DNA of 64,000 nucleotides from an uncultured bacterium (GCA_963729625.1 CAVSOU010000010.1:32001-96000); one strand, 5' to 3'. Positions 1-10,615 are shown, counted from the stretch's first letter. The notes: generated by a model from the letters alone, not told the origin. Made by a program: numbers and translations.

Positions 1-43
1 TGCTAACGCACGATGGTGGTTGGCCGATAGCCGCGGCCCCATG

Positions 44-775
44 CTACTCGTCGCCGTCGAGCTTGAAGTAGCGGTACGTTTCTCCGTGGGAGAAGGCGTG
101 TCCCTCGGCTGCAGACGCTGCCCACTCGCTCATCATCGCTGACGGGTCCCATTCACCCAGCTGACTCTTGTGCGCGGCGAGTGCCCGGACCTTCAGGGAG
201 AACGCTTCGCTGATGTCGACGATGACGTCGTCGACTTCAGACATACCGACGAAGACCTCTGCCACTTTGTGCGGCTGAAATCCCTCGGCGAGCAGCTCGG
301 GGAATGTAAGAGGATCGCGTGCGGCAGGGAAGATCGCGGCTAGAGCAGCTTCTCCGGTCGCGCGATGATCGGGATGGTTGATGTATCCGCGCCCAGCGTA
401 GAATCGCGTCGGGTCCTGGCAAATCGCCGCTGCCGGCTTGTACTTTCGGATAACCCGAGCGATATCGCGGCGCAACGCGAGAGAGGGAATGACCATGCCA
501 TCCTCGTAGTGAAGGAACTCGACGTGCCTCACTCCGAGAATGGAGCACGCATCCTGTTGCTCGGCGCGGCGCATAGCTGCCAAATCCGTGCTGCTTATTG
601 ACGGGTCATTTGAGCCCTTGTCGCCGTCAGTGACGAGCAAATACACGATCTCGCAACCGCCTCGCGCCCATGTTGCCACAGTCCCGGCCACCATAAACTC
701 GGCGTCATCCGGATGCGCCACGATGACTATCGCACTGGCCGGGACCGCTGCGTATACTTCAAGTTCCTTTGTCAC
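44..775 (-). CDS. PIG-L/LmbE family deacetylase
   Basis: Motifs AHPDD, TDGDKG and HPDH. Probable GTG start at 775 (the ORF track extends to 796). Confidence 0.9.
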   Translation of the reverse strand: MTKELEVYAAVPASAIVIVAHPDDAEFMVAGTVATWARGGCEIVYLLVTDGDKGSNDPSISSTDLAAMRRAEQQDACSILGVRHVEFLHYEDGMVIPSLALRRDIARVIRKYKPAAAICQDPTRFYAGRGYINHPDHRATGEAALAAIFPAARDPLTFPELLAEGFQPHKVAEVFVGMSEVDDVIVDISEAFSLKVRALAAHKSQLGEWDPSAMMSEWAASAAEGHAFSHGETYRYFKLDGDE

Positions 776-1089
776 GCGTGCACCACCCTTTCCCAAATCT
801 GATTCCGAGCCCAGCGGTTTCGCGCGCCTTGATGACCGCTTTCTCAGGATTCAAATGGTCGACTTCGACAATCCATGCCCTGCATATTGTACGGTATCGA
901 CGGGACACGTCACCGTGCCGTCTCGCACGTAATGTCCCGTTGCTCGATGCGCCAAAGCCTGACCGTCTCCGGCCGCGGTCGGCTACTTTGTGTTCATGCG
1001 TCGGATTTGCGAACGGCGGAACGTGGCCGCTATCGCACCAACTCGCGAGGGTACAGCGGGGCAACAGGTCGGGATGGGAAGGCCTGGAC

Positions 1090-4000
1090 TTAAAGTGGGA
1101 TCAGCCCAAGTTCACGTCCTCGCGTGACTGCCTCGGTACGCGTGGTCACGGCTAATTTACCGAAAATGCTGGCAAGGTGCGTCTTTACCGTACTCTCGCT
1201 CAGGCTGAGTTGCTGAGCGATTTCCTTATTGCGCGAGCCCGTAGCGAGAGCCCGAAGCACACCCATCTCACGTTCCGTGAGTTGCTCGACGACGTCCCCA
1301 TGTCGTGCCATCTCGCCGAATCGCTCGAGCAGCTTGCCGGCTACGATGGGCTGGAGAAGCGACTCGTTTCGGGCTGCGGCTCGAACCGCCTGGGCCAACT
1401 CGTCGGACGACACGTCCTTGAGCACGTAGCCTTTGGCTCCAGACTTGATTCCCTCGTAAATGTAATCGTCATTATCGTACGTAGTGACGATGACGCAGCG
1501 AATGTCTGGGAACAGCATGCGCACGCGAGAGATGACTTCCACCCCCGAGATATCGGGAAGCTGAAGATCGCAGAGCACCACATCGGGGCGAACGTCATTG
1601 ATGATGCGCAGGCCGTCCGAGCCGGTGCCCGCAGCTCCAATAACCTTGATGTCTCCATGTTCAGCGAGCATGTGTTCAAGTCCCTGCCGCACCATGGAGT
1701 GGTCATCGATCAATACGACTCGTATTCGTTGACCGTCCGCCCTGGCTTCGCCATTCAGAGCAGCCGTGGCCGCGCGGTAAACCGTATCGCGGGTCCGCGA
1801 CGCCGGTTCCGAAGGCGTGTAGGGGACAACACACCAGGCGCGTGTCCCTTGCTGCGCCGCACTCTCGATGCGCAGGCTACCTCCCACGAGCCGGGCCCGC
1901 TCGGCGGCGCCCGCCAGACCAACCCGCCCAGTGCCCATAAGGTCAATCTCAGATGGGTCAAAGCCCTTTCCATCATCCTCGATCAGCAGCGTGAACGCAT
2001 GTTCGCCATAGTCGAGAAGGATTCTGACATTTCTGGCCTCACTGTGAGACCAGACATTGTCGAGGCCGACCCGCACAAATCGCTGCACGACCGAGCCAGT
2101 CTCCGGCCTGAGGGGCTTCGGTTCTCCCGTCACCACGACCTCCGGCTTGATTCCAACTCGCCGCTCGAGCTTGGGGGCCTCAATCCGCACCACCGTCCTG
2201 GGATCCTCGAGAGTGACGCTGGCGGACCGAAGATTCCACACGATTCGTCGCGTCTCCGCAATCGCCGATCTCGCTGTGTCCCGTGCCTGCTCCACGACTT
2301 CGCGCTGGGGAGAATCGTCCGGTAGTCGTTGGAGCGTGTGCTCAAGCTGGAGAACGATTGACGTAATCATTTGCGCCAGCACGTCGTGTATGTCGCGCGC
2401 GAGCCGGTCTCGCTCGGTCCGCATCGCTCCGTGCCGGTGGTCGTCTAACCGGCTCCGCAGCACGTGGCATGTGATGAGCACCTGACCCAGGGACGCTGCG
2501 AAGTCAAGATCGTTCTCGTCGTATGCGTCAGATCGACGATCGGCCAGCAATATTGCGCCGCCGAACTGATTGTCAGGCAGGATCGGGATTGTCAAGACGC
2601 TGCGATAGCCTGCTTCGGCGAGTTGAGAGCCAAGCTCAAGCTCCGCGGGTGCGCCCTGAGTTTGCACCACGCGGCCATACAGCCTGAATGACAATTGGTC
2701 GGCCGCTGCCCTCAGCAGCGAACGAATCTCCTGCCTCGCCTGAGTCACTTCCCTGGGTTTGCTACCTGCCTCGAAGGCGATGACATCCGAAGCGGTCGTT
2801 CCGATTTGAAGGAGCGCGGCGTCGAAAGGGAGCCTCTTTCGCATTTCGCGAAGCATATCCAGCTCGACATCATCATGAGTCAGATGCGCTACCAGATGGC
2901 TCAATAGCTGGCAGATTGCATGGAACTGGAAGGTACGCGCGCCGGCGCGCTTCTCCGCTTGGCGCTGAAGTGAGACGTCCTGGATTAGCGCAAAGGCTCC
3001 TGCGGGTCTCCCATCGTCATCGGTCATCGGAGTTGCCGATACAAGCACGGTCGCAAAGGACCCGTCGCGAAGCTGGAGAAGGGACTCCTCGCTGGAAATG
3101 GATACGCACTCGCGAAACGCACGCGTCAGAGGCCACCGCTCAATCGGATATGGCTGATGGTTAACATAATGCGGACCGAACCTCGGCGGCTCGACGTGGC
3201 CGGACGCCGACATTGGCGTGCCGCTCCGGGCAAGACCCACCGCAGCGCTGTTCCAGAACTGGATGTCGTAGGGAGGAATGCCGGCGATGATTATTGCGCT
3301 GGGCGATTGAAACGCGGCCGAGCGAAGCACGTCACGCTCACTCTGCATAGTCGCATATGCTAGGTCTCGTTCTTCACGCGACCGAGCCAGGACAATGCGG
3401 GCGGCAACCTCCGATGCAACCTGTTCAATCAGCATGACCTCGCCGCTTTCCCATTCCCGAGGCGTGCCGATCTGGACCACAACAATCGCTCCCATGAATT
3501 CACCGCGCAGCGCGAGCGGTGCTACTAGCAGCGAGCACACTCCGCTCGCCAGTAAGAGCTCCCGATTCGCTCGAATCGAAACTTCTCCGCCGACGTCGTT
3601 CGCAATGTCCGGCACGGCCAACGTACGCCGGTCGTGTGCCACCAAGGTGAGAATCGACTGGATGACTGACTCAACTCGGCCATCCAGCGAGGCCGAACGC
3701 TGGGCGAACATCGCGGCCCGAGTCGGCTGCGACCTGCCAAGCCCTAAGTACACGCCGCACCACGACGCATCCAGTGCCTGGCCGATGGCCGTGGCTACAT
3801 GCTCGCTGACTGATTCGATGCGGTCGACGTCTCGTAGTGTCTCCAGAATCGTAGCGCGAAGCAGCGCCATCCGCGCGCGTGCCGACTCTTCGGCAAGTAC
3901 CATTGCATTCACATATGCGGTTGAGACGTGGCGCGAGAATTCGACAAGCGCATCATTCGCAACGCTGTGATACTCCGTGACGCCGTGATAGCCGAGTCCG

Positions 4001-4419
4001 ATGAAGCCGAGTAGCCTATCCTGCTGGATAAGGGGAAGCCCGAGCCACGTTCGTACCTGATCCGCCTCTGGAATTGACTGCAGCAGGTCGGACCAAGCAT
4101 GGTGAATCTCAACGTTTGGAATGTAGATGATCCGGCGTCTGGTGCGCATCTCACGCAAAAACGCCAGGGGCTCGGCCAGGGGTACTGATCGCGCGAGGTA
4201 CTGAGCCTTTTCTCCCGCACCGCCGGCGGCGACACAACGTATCACGCCGTCCTGGTTCGTATACAAGCCCACCCTATCGCACGCAGCCAAGGACACCGTG
4301 GCATCGACGATTGAGGTCAGCAGTTGCGGCAGCCGAAGGCATGCATTGACTGATCCGACAGCCTCGAGTAGTCGCGAAGCCGAGTCGTCGTACGTGTTCT
4401 GAACAGACCGGCCGGCCAA
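1090..4419 (-). CDS. GAF-GAF-PAS-GAF HisKA_3 histidine kinase fused to a NarL-type REC-LuxR HTH response regulator
   Basis: H-box RLARDIHDVLAQ, DDGKGF G1 box, receiver DDH...CDLQLP, C-terminal LTEREMGVL...TVKTHL HTH. SD GAGGAG before a TTG start. Confidence 0.9.
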   Translation of the reverse strand: MAGRSVQNTYDDSASRLLEAVGSVNACLRLPQLLTSIVDATVSLAACDRVGLYTNQDGVIRCVAAGGAGEKAQYLARSVPLAEPLAFLREMRTRRRIIYIPNVEIHHAWSDLLQSIPEADQVRTWLGLPLIQQDRLLGFIGLGYHGVTEYHSVANDALVEFSRHVSTAYVNAMVLAEESARARMALLRATILETLRDVDRIESVSEHVATAIGQALDASWCGVYLGLGRSQPTRAAMFAQRSASLDGRVESVIQSILTLVAHDRRTLAVPDIANDVGGEVSIRANRELLLASGVCSLLVAPLALRGEFMGAIVVVQIGTPREWESGEVMLIEQVASEVAARIVLARSREERDLAYATMQSERDVLRSAAFQSPSAIIIAGIPPYDIQFWNSAAVGLARSGTPMSASGHVEPPRFGPHYVNHQPYPIERWPLTRAFRECVSISSEESLLQLRDGSFATVLVSATPMTDDDGRPAGAFALIQDVSLQRQAEKRAGARTFQFHAICQLLSHLVAHLTHDDVELDMLREMRKRLPFDAALLQIGTTASDVIAFEAGSKPREVTQARQEIRSLLRAAADQLSFRLYGRVVQTQGAPAELELGSQLAEAGYRSVLTIPILPDNQFGGAILLADRRSDAYDENDLDFAASLGQVLITCHVLRSRLDDHRHGAMRTERDRLARDIHDVLAQMITSIVLQLEHTLQRLPDDSPQREVVEQARDTARSAIAETRRIVWNLRSASVTLEDPRTVVRIEAPKLERRVGIKPEVVVTGEPKPLRPETGSVVQRFVRVGLDNVWSHSEARNVRILLDYGEHAFTLLIEDDGKGFDPSEIDLMGTGRVGLAGAAERARLVGGSLRIESAAQQGTRAWCVVPYTPSEPASRTRDTVYRAATAALNGEARADGQRIRVVLIDDHSMVRQGLEHMLAEHGDIKVIGAAGTGSDGLRIINDVRPDVVLCDLQLPDISGVEVISRVRMLFPDIRCVIVTTYDNDDYIYEGIKSGAKGYVLKDVSSDELAQAVRAAARNESLLQPIVAGKLLERFGEMARHGDVVEQLTEREMGVLRALATGSRNKEIAQQLSLSESTVKTHLASIFGKLAVTTRTEAVTRGRELGLIPL

Positions 4420-4543
4420 TGACGCTCACTCCTCGCTAGGACTACCGCCCGCGCGGAATTCAGCATGCCCGACTCCTGGGCGCCTGCGATCCGAGGCCGC
4501 CCTGCGATTGGAGACCGAGCGGTATCAAACCACGGCACTATCG

Positions 4544-4975
4544 TTACGTATCTGCACCGGCATGGAGCGCTTGATGCGGCCGGTTCTTCCTGTAGCGAGT
4601 TACCGCCTGCTCCAGTGCTTCGTCCAGCTCCTCGATCAGGTATGGCTTGGCAAGGAATGCGTGAGCCCCGGCGCGTCTTGCCTGCATTTCGGGATCATCG
4701 GAAGACACATTGGCGCTCAGCACGATGATGGCAGCAGGTGCTTTCTGCTGTATCGCCGCGGTTGCGACCAAGCCATCCTGGCCGGGCAACCCCCAATCGA
4801 TAACCACAACATCGGGCCGTTCACGCTCAACGAGCGCGACCACGTCGATACCGTTTCGGGCCTCCGCTATCACTTCATGACCCAACTCCGCGAGCTGCTG
4901 CCTGAGCAGTTCCCGGATCTGGGCGTTGTCCTCAGCTACAACTACCCGGTACGTGTCCGGCGCTGTGCCCTGCAT
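4544..4975 (-). CDS. Stand-alone response regulator receiver protein
   Basis: VVVAED, VIDWGLP (phospho-acceptor Asp), FLAKPY. Confidence 0.88.
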   Translation of the reverse strand: MQGTAPDTYRVVVAEDNAQIRELLRQQLAELGHEVIAEARNGIDVVALVERERPDVVVIDWGLPGQDGLVATAAIQQKAPAAIIVLSANVSSDDPEMQARRAGAHAFLAKPYLIEELDEALEQAVTRYRKNRPHQALHAGADT

Positions 4976-5104
4976 AACGGCTCGACTCCGCGTAACGCAT
5001 CAGCAGCGTCGCCTGCACAGCGATGAACCGCAGTGATCGAGGCATTGACGCCTGCCCGATGCGTCACTGTAGCTGAGTCCGCGTGCGATGTCAATACGCA
5101 TATG

Positions 5105-5147
5105 GCGAGCGGGATGATGGAGCCCTTTGCTCCATCATCCCGCTCGC
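5105..5147. terminator. 19-bp perfect stem-loop, probable terminator for the 5193 ORF
   Basis: GCGAGCGGGATGATGGAGC-CCTTT-GCTCCATCATCCCGCTCGC. Confidence 0.65.
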
Positions 5148-5192
5148 TCTAGATACCCGCCTTCGAATCAACCCGGGCAGAAGACCTCGCCG

Positions 5193-5465
5193 TCAGGAAC
5201 CGGCGCCCGCCTGAACGGCGGCCACGGAATCGGTCCGGCGCCGGCGCCTTCGACCTACATACCCCTTCGTGGCGTACGGTGTCGCATCGCCCCAAGAACG
5301 GATGAGGCTGGTGCTCCCACAACGACCGCAAGTCAGCACAGCACGCGACGGGAGAGCCAACGCTTCGGCCTGGCTGACCGGAACACTGCTCGTTTCAGTG
5401 TGGTGGACAAATCCCCGGCTGTTTGAACAACTCAAGCACTCGATCTGCCGCGCATACAGTCCCAC
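5193..5465 (-). CDS. Small zinc-ribbon protein with a basic tail
   Basis: CLSC...CGRC pair and RRRRRR tail. GGAG SD 6 nt before GTG at 5465. Followed by a strong hairpin. Confidence 0.6.
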   Translation of the reverse strand: MGLYARQIECLSCSNSRGFVHHTETSSVPVSQAEALALPSRAVLTCGRCGSTSLIRSWGDATPYATKGYVGRRRRRRTDSVAAVQAGAGS

Positions 5466-5788
5466 GTGTATCTCCAATTGCTGGCACATCAGTCTACGAA
5501 CTGGGGCGGCCAGCTACATGGCACCTCCTGGCGCCAGTCTTCTACTACTACGCGTATTTTCCTGCCGGGTGTGGCGAGGCGCACCACCTGTCCGGTTGAT
5601 CCTTAGGTTCAAAAGGGACTAGCCCGCGAACTCATCCTTGGTCGTACGTGAGGCCGATGTGCATTACCAGGCATACAGACATAGTGATTCCAGGTGGCGT
5701 GTTTGGCGCCTGTATCGTGCCGTGCGCGGAAATCCTGGGTTGAACCCCGCCTCGGCTGCTGGGACAGACAAGTCGAATCTGCAGGAGC

Positions 5789-6331
5789 ATGATGAGGAAG
5801 CGCCTGAAGCCGATCCTGCTGGCAGCATTTGTGTCGCGCGAGCTTGCCGATCGAGCAATTGAAGATCTGGTAATCGCTGGATTCGCCGGGCACTCGATCG
5901 GCCTGATCTCTCCGTTGCAGCTGCAGGGTAGAATGGTGGGTACGGGATGGACCCTTCCCGAGGGTCGTGAAACGTCGCCTATTGGCAGCATCCACTTCGA
6001 CATTGCTGAACTGGGTCCGACAGGCCCTGTCAACAAAGAGGGACCGGGAGCGGTTTCGCTTCCCGGCAACGTCATACAGATCCCGGACCTCGGTTCATTT
6101 TCCGCGTGCGGCTTCTTTTCAGGCGCAACCAGCGACAAACAGTGGCTTGCGAGCTGCCTGGCCGGCACAGACCTCACTGGCCCCGAGCGCGGCCAATTCG
6201 AGCTGCAGATCGAGGCCGGCAAGACATTAATTGGCGTTCTTCCCGAGGGCCGGGTGATTCTGGCAGGGGAGATACTCCGGCGATATGGTGGCGAGCTAAC
6301 GCACGAGCGGAGCCACAGCGCGCGCTGGTGA
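5789..6331 (+). CDS. General stress protein (YflT/17M-like)
   Basis: N-terminal AAFxSRELADRAIEDLxxAGF and C-terminal IEAGKTLIGV...EILRRYGG pattern. AGGAG SD. Confidence 0.6.
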   Translation: MMRKRLKPILLAAFVSRELADRAIEDLVIAGFAGHSIGLISPLQLQGRMVGTGWTLPEGRETSPIGSIHFDIAELGPTGPVNKEGPGAVSLPGNVIQIPDLGSFSACGFFSGATSDKQWLASCLAGTDLTGPERGQFELQIEAGKTLIGVLPEGRVILAGEILRRYGGELTHERSHSARW

Positions 6332-6493
6332 GGCAAAGCACCGATCGGCGCACACGGCCCTCACGCGTATACGGTAAGATCCGTTAAGCAGCGACGTGAG
6401 CCGTGGTTGTGCCAGGTTGGCGGGTCGTTGCGCTGCGTGCAGCGCAGAACGACACCGTATTCAGGATTTGTGCGTTGAGACCAGGAATCCAGA

Positions 6494-6994
6494 GTGGGTA
6501 ATCCCGCGATTCGACTGCGCGTCAGGCAGCGTGTGCTTGGAGCAGGCGTAGCCTACGTTGTCATGGCGGCGGACGTCGACGACGTCGTGTTCGAGGTGAG
6601 GAGCGTTCCCACCAATGTCGGGCATACGTTCGAGATGCTGGATCCCGACGGTACCATCGTTGCTTCGATTCACCAACACCTGCTCCCGGTGGAACCGAAC
6701 TACGTCATAAGGCGCGAGGGCATCGACGTTGGCGAAGTGCACCGCGACCTCGCGGCTGTGACATTCCCGCGCTTTGTTCTCGGCGGGATCCGCGACGGTC
6801 TCGTTCTGACCGCGGATCAATCCGACACGAAGTTCAACGTACTGCACAGTGGCAGCATTGTTGCGCGCGTCGAGAGAGTCCTGTCATTTGTTGGCTCGGC
6901 CTACTCAGTGGACTTTCTTCGTGACGTCGACGTCCCGACCATACTGTGTCTGCTGATCGCCGCCGACGACGCGATGAACCTGGACGCGAAATGA
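6494..6994 (+). CDS. LURP-one/scramblase (tubby C-terminal-like) family protein
   Basis: Beta-rich repeats and C-terminal YSVD...TILCLLIAADD. Confidence 0.7.
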   Translation: MGNPAIRLRVRQRVLGAGVAYVVMAADVDDVVFEVRSVPTNVGHTFEMLDPDGTIVASIHQHLLPVEPNYVIRREGIDVGEVHRDLAAVTFPRFVLGGIRDGLVLTADQSDTKFNVLHSGSIVARVERVLSFVGSAYSVDFLRDVDVPTILCLLIAADDAMNLDAK

Positions 6995-7311
6995 CTCCGT
7001 TAGTGCCTTCATGAGCGTCTAGAGCCTAGCCATGACCGACTATCCCGGGCCATGGCGCTGGCAGGATGCCTTGGGACAAATCTCACGCAGCACCGTGGCC
7101 CGCCAAGTGTAGCCTTCAGTCCGGCCCTGCGGGTTCCACGCTTGCTTCAAAACAGGGCCGGAACGGGCTGGGCTCCCTAGTGGGTTCCCGGTGATGACGC
7201 CGGCAGCGCTGGTGGTCTGCGTCCCCGCGACGACATTGCCCTCAGCGTCCAGGGCGTTTGTATCGACGACGTCAAGTGGCGCCGGGCCGGACAACCGCAA
7301 GAGCGATCTGC

Positions 7312-8685
7312 TCATCTCGGCCTGGCCCGCACCGGCATGAAGGCTACCCGCGCCAGGAAGTCGCGAAGTAGGATCCGCCACACATACCACGCATGCCCAC
7401 CATTGATGAAGTCGGCCACCACGCCTATACGTGACCCTTGCAGCGTTGCAACCTCGTCGGCGGCAGCACGATGGATCGGATCCTGCCGGCCGCCGCCCAC
7501 AAGGATGCCGACCCGTCGAAGGGCAGCGACCTGCGCGGGGGTGAGCGTTGTGATGCCTGGAAATGGACTCATCACGGCGTAGTACCCGAAGGCACTCGTA
7601 TGGTTGACGAGCAGGGAGTTCACGAGGCCACCGCCGCACGATAGACCGCCAAAGGCGCGTTGCGACACCTGACTGGACACGTTGAAGTGGGCTTGCACAT
7701 AGGGGATCACATTGGCTACGAGGTCATGGTCGTACGCGCTGACCCATGGATCCGGGTGCGATAGGCAGTCACCTGCGAACCCGTTGAAGTTGGTCATAAC
7801 GACGACCATCGGTTGCACCAGACTGGCGCCGATCAGGTTATCCAAGATGTTGGCCGCGTCACCTTGGGTGGTCCAGTCCATCTCGTTTCCCCAGTAGCCG
7901 TGGCTGAGGTAGAGGGTCGGGTAGGGCGTGGCCCGTTGCGGGTTGTAGGCGGGCGGTGTGTAAATGGCCAGGGCGTGTGTCCCGCGCGGGGTGAGCGACT
8001 CAGGAGACGTGTAGGTGAAATACGCGAGCGAGCCGTGGACACGGCTCGGCGCCTGCCACGAGTAGTCGGCCGTGCGATAGGAGTGGTCGGAGGGGACGTA
8101 GACCTGGCTGTTGGGCTCGACCGAGCCCGCGGTGATCCCGTGGCTGGTGTTCCAGGGCGGGTTACTCGGGTCGGAGATCTCCGTGCAGCCCGTCTGATCG
8201 GCAGTGCGACAGTTGATAAAGAAGCCGTAGGTGAACACGCCGGACGGCAGCGGGGTCGTGTAGGACCATACGCCGGTGCCGGGATCCTTGGTCATGGCGA
8301 TGACCGGCCAGTTGGCGGCGACATCATTGGGGTGGGCAATCGGGAAGTCACCGGGCGCCCACTTCGCCGGCAGCAGCCCCTGGGAGCTGCTTAGCGTCGT
8401 CTGCGCCGGGCTGGAGAAATACCATTCGCCCTTGATCTGCACGCTGGTCGCTCTGGGGTCGCGGTAGTGGAAGGTTACCGCGTATCCGGTCGGAGGACTG
8501 CCCGTGTGCCGCACCGAGGGAGAGAGCCCGGGACTGATCGCAGTGTCTGACAAGAGGTTTTCGGCCCAAATGGACCTGGACGAGGCAGGGTGCGCGGCGG
8601 CCTGAGTCGCCGGCAATGCCGGAGCCAGCGAGATCATCGTCGCCAGGAGCACGAGCAGGGTGCACAATCTGCGGCACATGCGCAT
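7312..8685 (-). CDS. Secreted alpha/beta-hydrolase esterase with an N-terminal CBM48/E-set-like domain
   Basis: Signal peptide, YTPPAY...YPTLYLSHG, nucleophile GLSCGG, GGHAW His. Confidence 0.85.
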   Translation of the reverse strand: MRMCRRLCTLLVLLATMISLAPALPATQAAAHPASSRSIWAENLLSDTAISPGLSPSVRHTGSPPTGYAVTFHYRDPRATSVQIKGEWYFSSPAQTTLSSSQGLLPAKWAPGDFPIAHPNDVAANWPVIAMTKDPGTGVWSYTTPLPSGVFTYGFFINCRTADQTGCTEISDPSNPPWNTSHGITAGSVEPNSQVYVPSDHSYRTADYSWQAPSRVHGSLAYFTYTSPESLTPRGTHALAIYTPPAYNPQRATPYPTLYLSHGYWGNEMDWTTQGDAANILDNLIGASLVQPMVVVMTNFNGFAGDCLSHPDPWVSAYDHDLVANVIPYVQAHFNVSSQVSQRAFGGLSCGGGLVNSLLVNHTSAFGYYAVMSPFPGITTLTPAQVAALRRVGILVGGGRQDPIHRAAADEVATLQGSRIGVVADFINGGHAWYVWRILLRDFLARVAFMPVRARPR

Positions 8686-8781
8686 AGGAGGAACTCCTTT
8701 CGATCAGGACGTCAGCATGGTACAGCCAAGCCGGAAGCGGGTCGGCGCGCACGTGCCACAGCATCGCGGTGCAACTATGCC

Positions 8782-9417
8782 TCAGTACCGCGCCATGACG
8801 AATAAGCCGGAGAAGGTAGGGGGCTGCATAGGCCCGCCGTTCGGCAATTCGTCTTTGTAGTACCCCGGCTGGGCTTCGATGGCCCAATAGTCTATGGGAT
8901 ACGGTCCTCCCGACCAATCGGGGCGGACCGGGTTATGCACCTCGCGCACGGTCTTGGCGCCGTAGAAGGTCATCCACTCGTCGGTAACGATAAGTTCCCC
9001 CGCACCTTGACTGATGTCGAACTTGCCATTGCCGTGGGTGGTGACGTGACACGTTCCATGCAGCAGCTTGCTGGTGAACAGCTGTGCGTTGCACTCAGGG
9101 CTGACCCCGCTGCCGTCGCTCATGAAGGTCTCCTCCCCCTGGAAGGTGGCGTGCTTGCCGGAGGCATCGCTCACGATATCCATGGTAATCGCCGTCGTAA
9201 CCTTTTGGGACGGCAGCGTAGTGTGATTCATGGCGTCCCTGACTCCCCACCGCCAGTCGCCCGTCGTGACGGAGGGGTCGTCCACCCATATGCCCTGGAC
9301 CACCCAGTGGCCGACCAGCGACGGGCTGCCGCTCGCCGCGGCCGCATGCCGCGGTGCGCCAGTGGCCAACACCGAGACCAGCATGAAACCAATTGCCAGA
9401 CAATGAAGTGCTCGCAC
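8782..9417 (-). CDS. Secreted hypothetical protein
   Basis: Signal peptide ending AAAA, SD GAAAGGA, high GC3 codon use. Confidence 0.7.
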   Translation of the reverse strand: MRALHCLAIGFMLVSVLATGAPRHAAAASGSPSLVGHWVVQGIWVDDPSVTTGDWRWGVRDAMNHTTLPSQKVTTAITMDIVSDASGKHATFQGEETFMSDGSGVSPECNAQLFTSKLLHGTCHVTTHGNGKFDISQGAGELIVTDEWMTFYGAKTVREVHNPVRPDWSGGPYPIDYWAIEAQPGYYKDELPNGGPMQPPTFSGLFVMARY

Positions 9418-9644
9418 GATCCCCGATCCTTTCGCATCGTGGTTTCAACTTTCCGGGGCTCCAAACGACCTTTCTTGGTGCATACTTGCTTCGCCTGGCC
9501 GCAGCTGTCCTAACCCGCCCATCCGCGACCCGCCGGGGCACCCGCCCAAAGGGTGGGTCGTGGTGCCCCGGCTCTGGTCCCAAGTCTATCAGTCAATGCC
9601 ACCGGGCACGCCTATGAGGCAGGCGCCGCTCCCGCCGCGCGCGT

Positions 9645-10184
9645 TCATTGGACATTGCCGCGATCTGGGAACAGTCTGGTTGCGTTCATGGTGACGATAG
9701 CCGGTACGCTGCTGCTCGTGCCATCGGGATTGTGCACCGTAAGCGAGGTCATGATCGCCAGAATCTCGCTCGCGTTATCGACGAACACCGTGGACCAGGT
9801 CGCTGAGCGAATCAATGTGCCCGATGGGTCGTAGAGGCTGACGGTCTGCGTGCCGGTGCAGTCGGGATTCACCGTGGCGGTGCCTTTGATCGTGTTCACG
9901 GCGATTTGGCCGCCTACGCTGGCGGTTTGCGTCCCTGAGATATTCCCGTGGGCGTCCCAGGTGGTTCTCCCGACGACTGCAAAGAGGGCCGGACCGGCCG
10001 GCCGGATGAGCGTTCCGGTTGCGCTGTGTCCCCACACCCCTGCCACGGCGGCGGTGGAGCACGTGCCAGGGCCCTGGCTCCGAGCCTGAGCGGGCGTTCG
10101 CGCTCCCGGAGGCGCCGCTACCGTCGCCACTCCCAGCAAGAGCGTGGCGGCGAGACAGAATATCCCCGCAGTGTTGCGCTTCAT
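9645..10184 (-). CDS. Secreted hypothetical beta-rich protein
   Basis: Signal peptide, CSxAxxxGxW and VNPDCTG motifs, SD GGAGGA. Confidence 0.75.
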   Translation of the reverse strand: MKRNTAGIFCLAATLLLGVATVAAPPGARTPAQARSQGPGTCSTAAVAGVWGHSATGTLIRPAGPALFAVVGRTTWDAHGNISGTQTASVGGQIAVNTIKGTATVNPDCTGTQTVSLYDPSGTLIRSATWSTVFVDNASEILAIMTSLTVHNPDGTSSSVPAIVTMNATRLFPDRGNVQ

Positions 10185-10551
10185 GGATGTCCTCCATTCC
10201 CATTACTGTGGTTTTGGGTCGATGCACTTCGGACCTGTACCAGAACCACACGGACGACGCTGACCCCTTTCTTGAACCGTGCGCTCGGCTCACCCTCCTT
10301 CCTTACGCTCCCGATAGCGTGCCGCTGATATTTCAACTGGCTCAACGGCACCGGACCGTGCGCGGCCTTGACCCTGCGTCGCGCGCACTAGGAGCACTCA
10401 ACATCGCCCAGCCACCACACGTTTCCTGCCGCCTCGCGCGGGAGTGGGACGAGTTCGGGTCCGCCCGCGGCGGTTCTTCCGGCGAGAAGGCGCGCTGCGC
10501 GGGATGCCTCCCCCTTCCGTACAGTCTGCGCTTGGCTGGACGTCGCGCACC

Positions 10552-10615
10552 AGGCACAGCAGCGGCACAATGGCGGCACGATAGAGGCACAATGCCGGTT
10601 CCGGCGTGCTATGAT
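10552..10615 (+). promoter_or_regulatory. Four 11-bp-phased GGCAC direct repeats plus extended -10 (TGcTATGAT)
   Basis: AGGCACAGCAG/CGGCACAATGG/CGGCACGATAG/AGGCACAATGC at 10552-10595. TATGAT at 10610-10615. Confidence 0.55.

Noticed and set aside
7040-7310. Possible gene fragment (ALDAEGNVVAGTQTTSAAGVITG) downstream of the esterase
   Set aside because: It looks coding but has no start and no family I can recognise.
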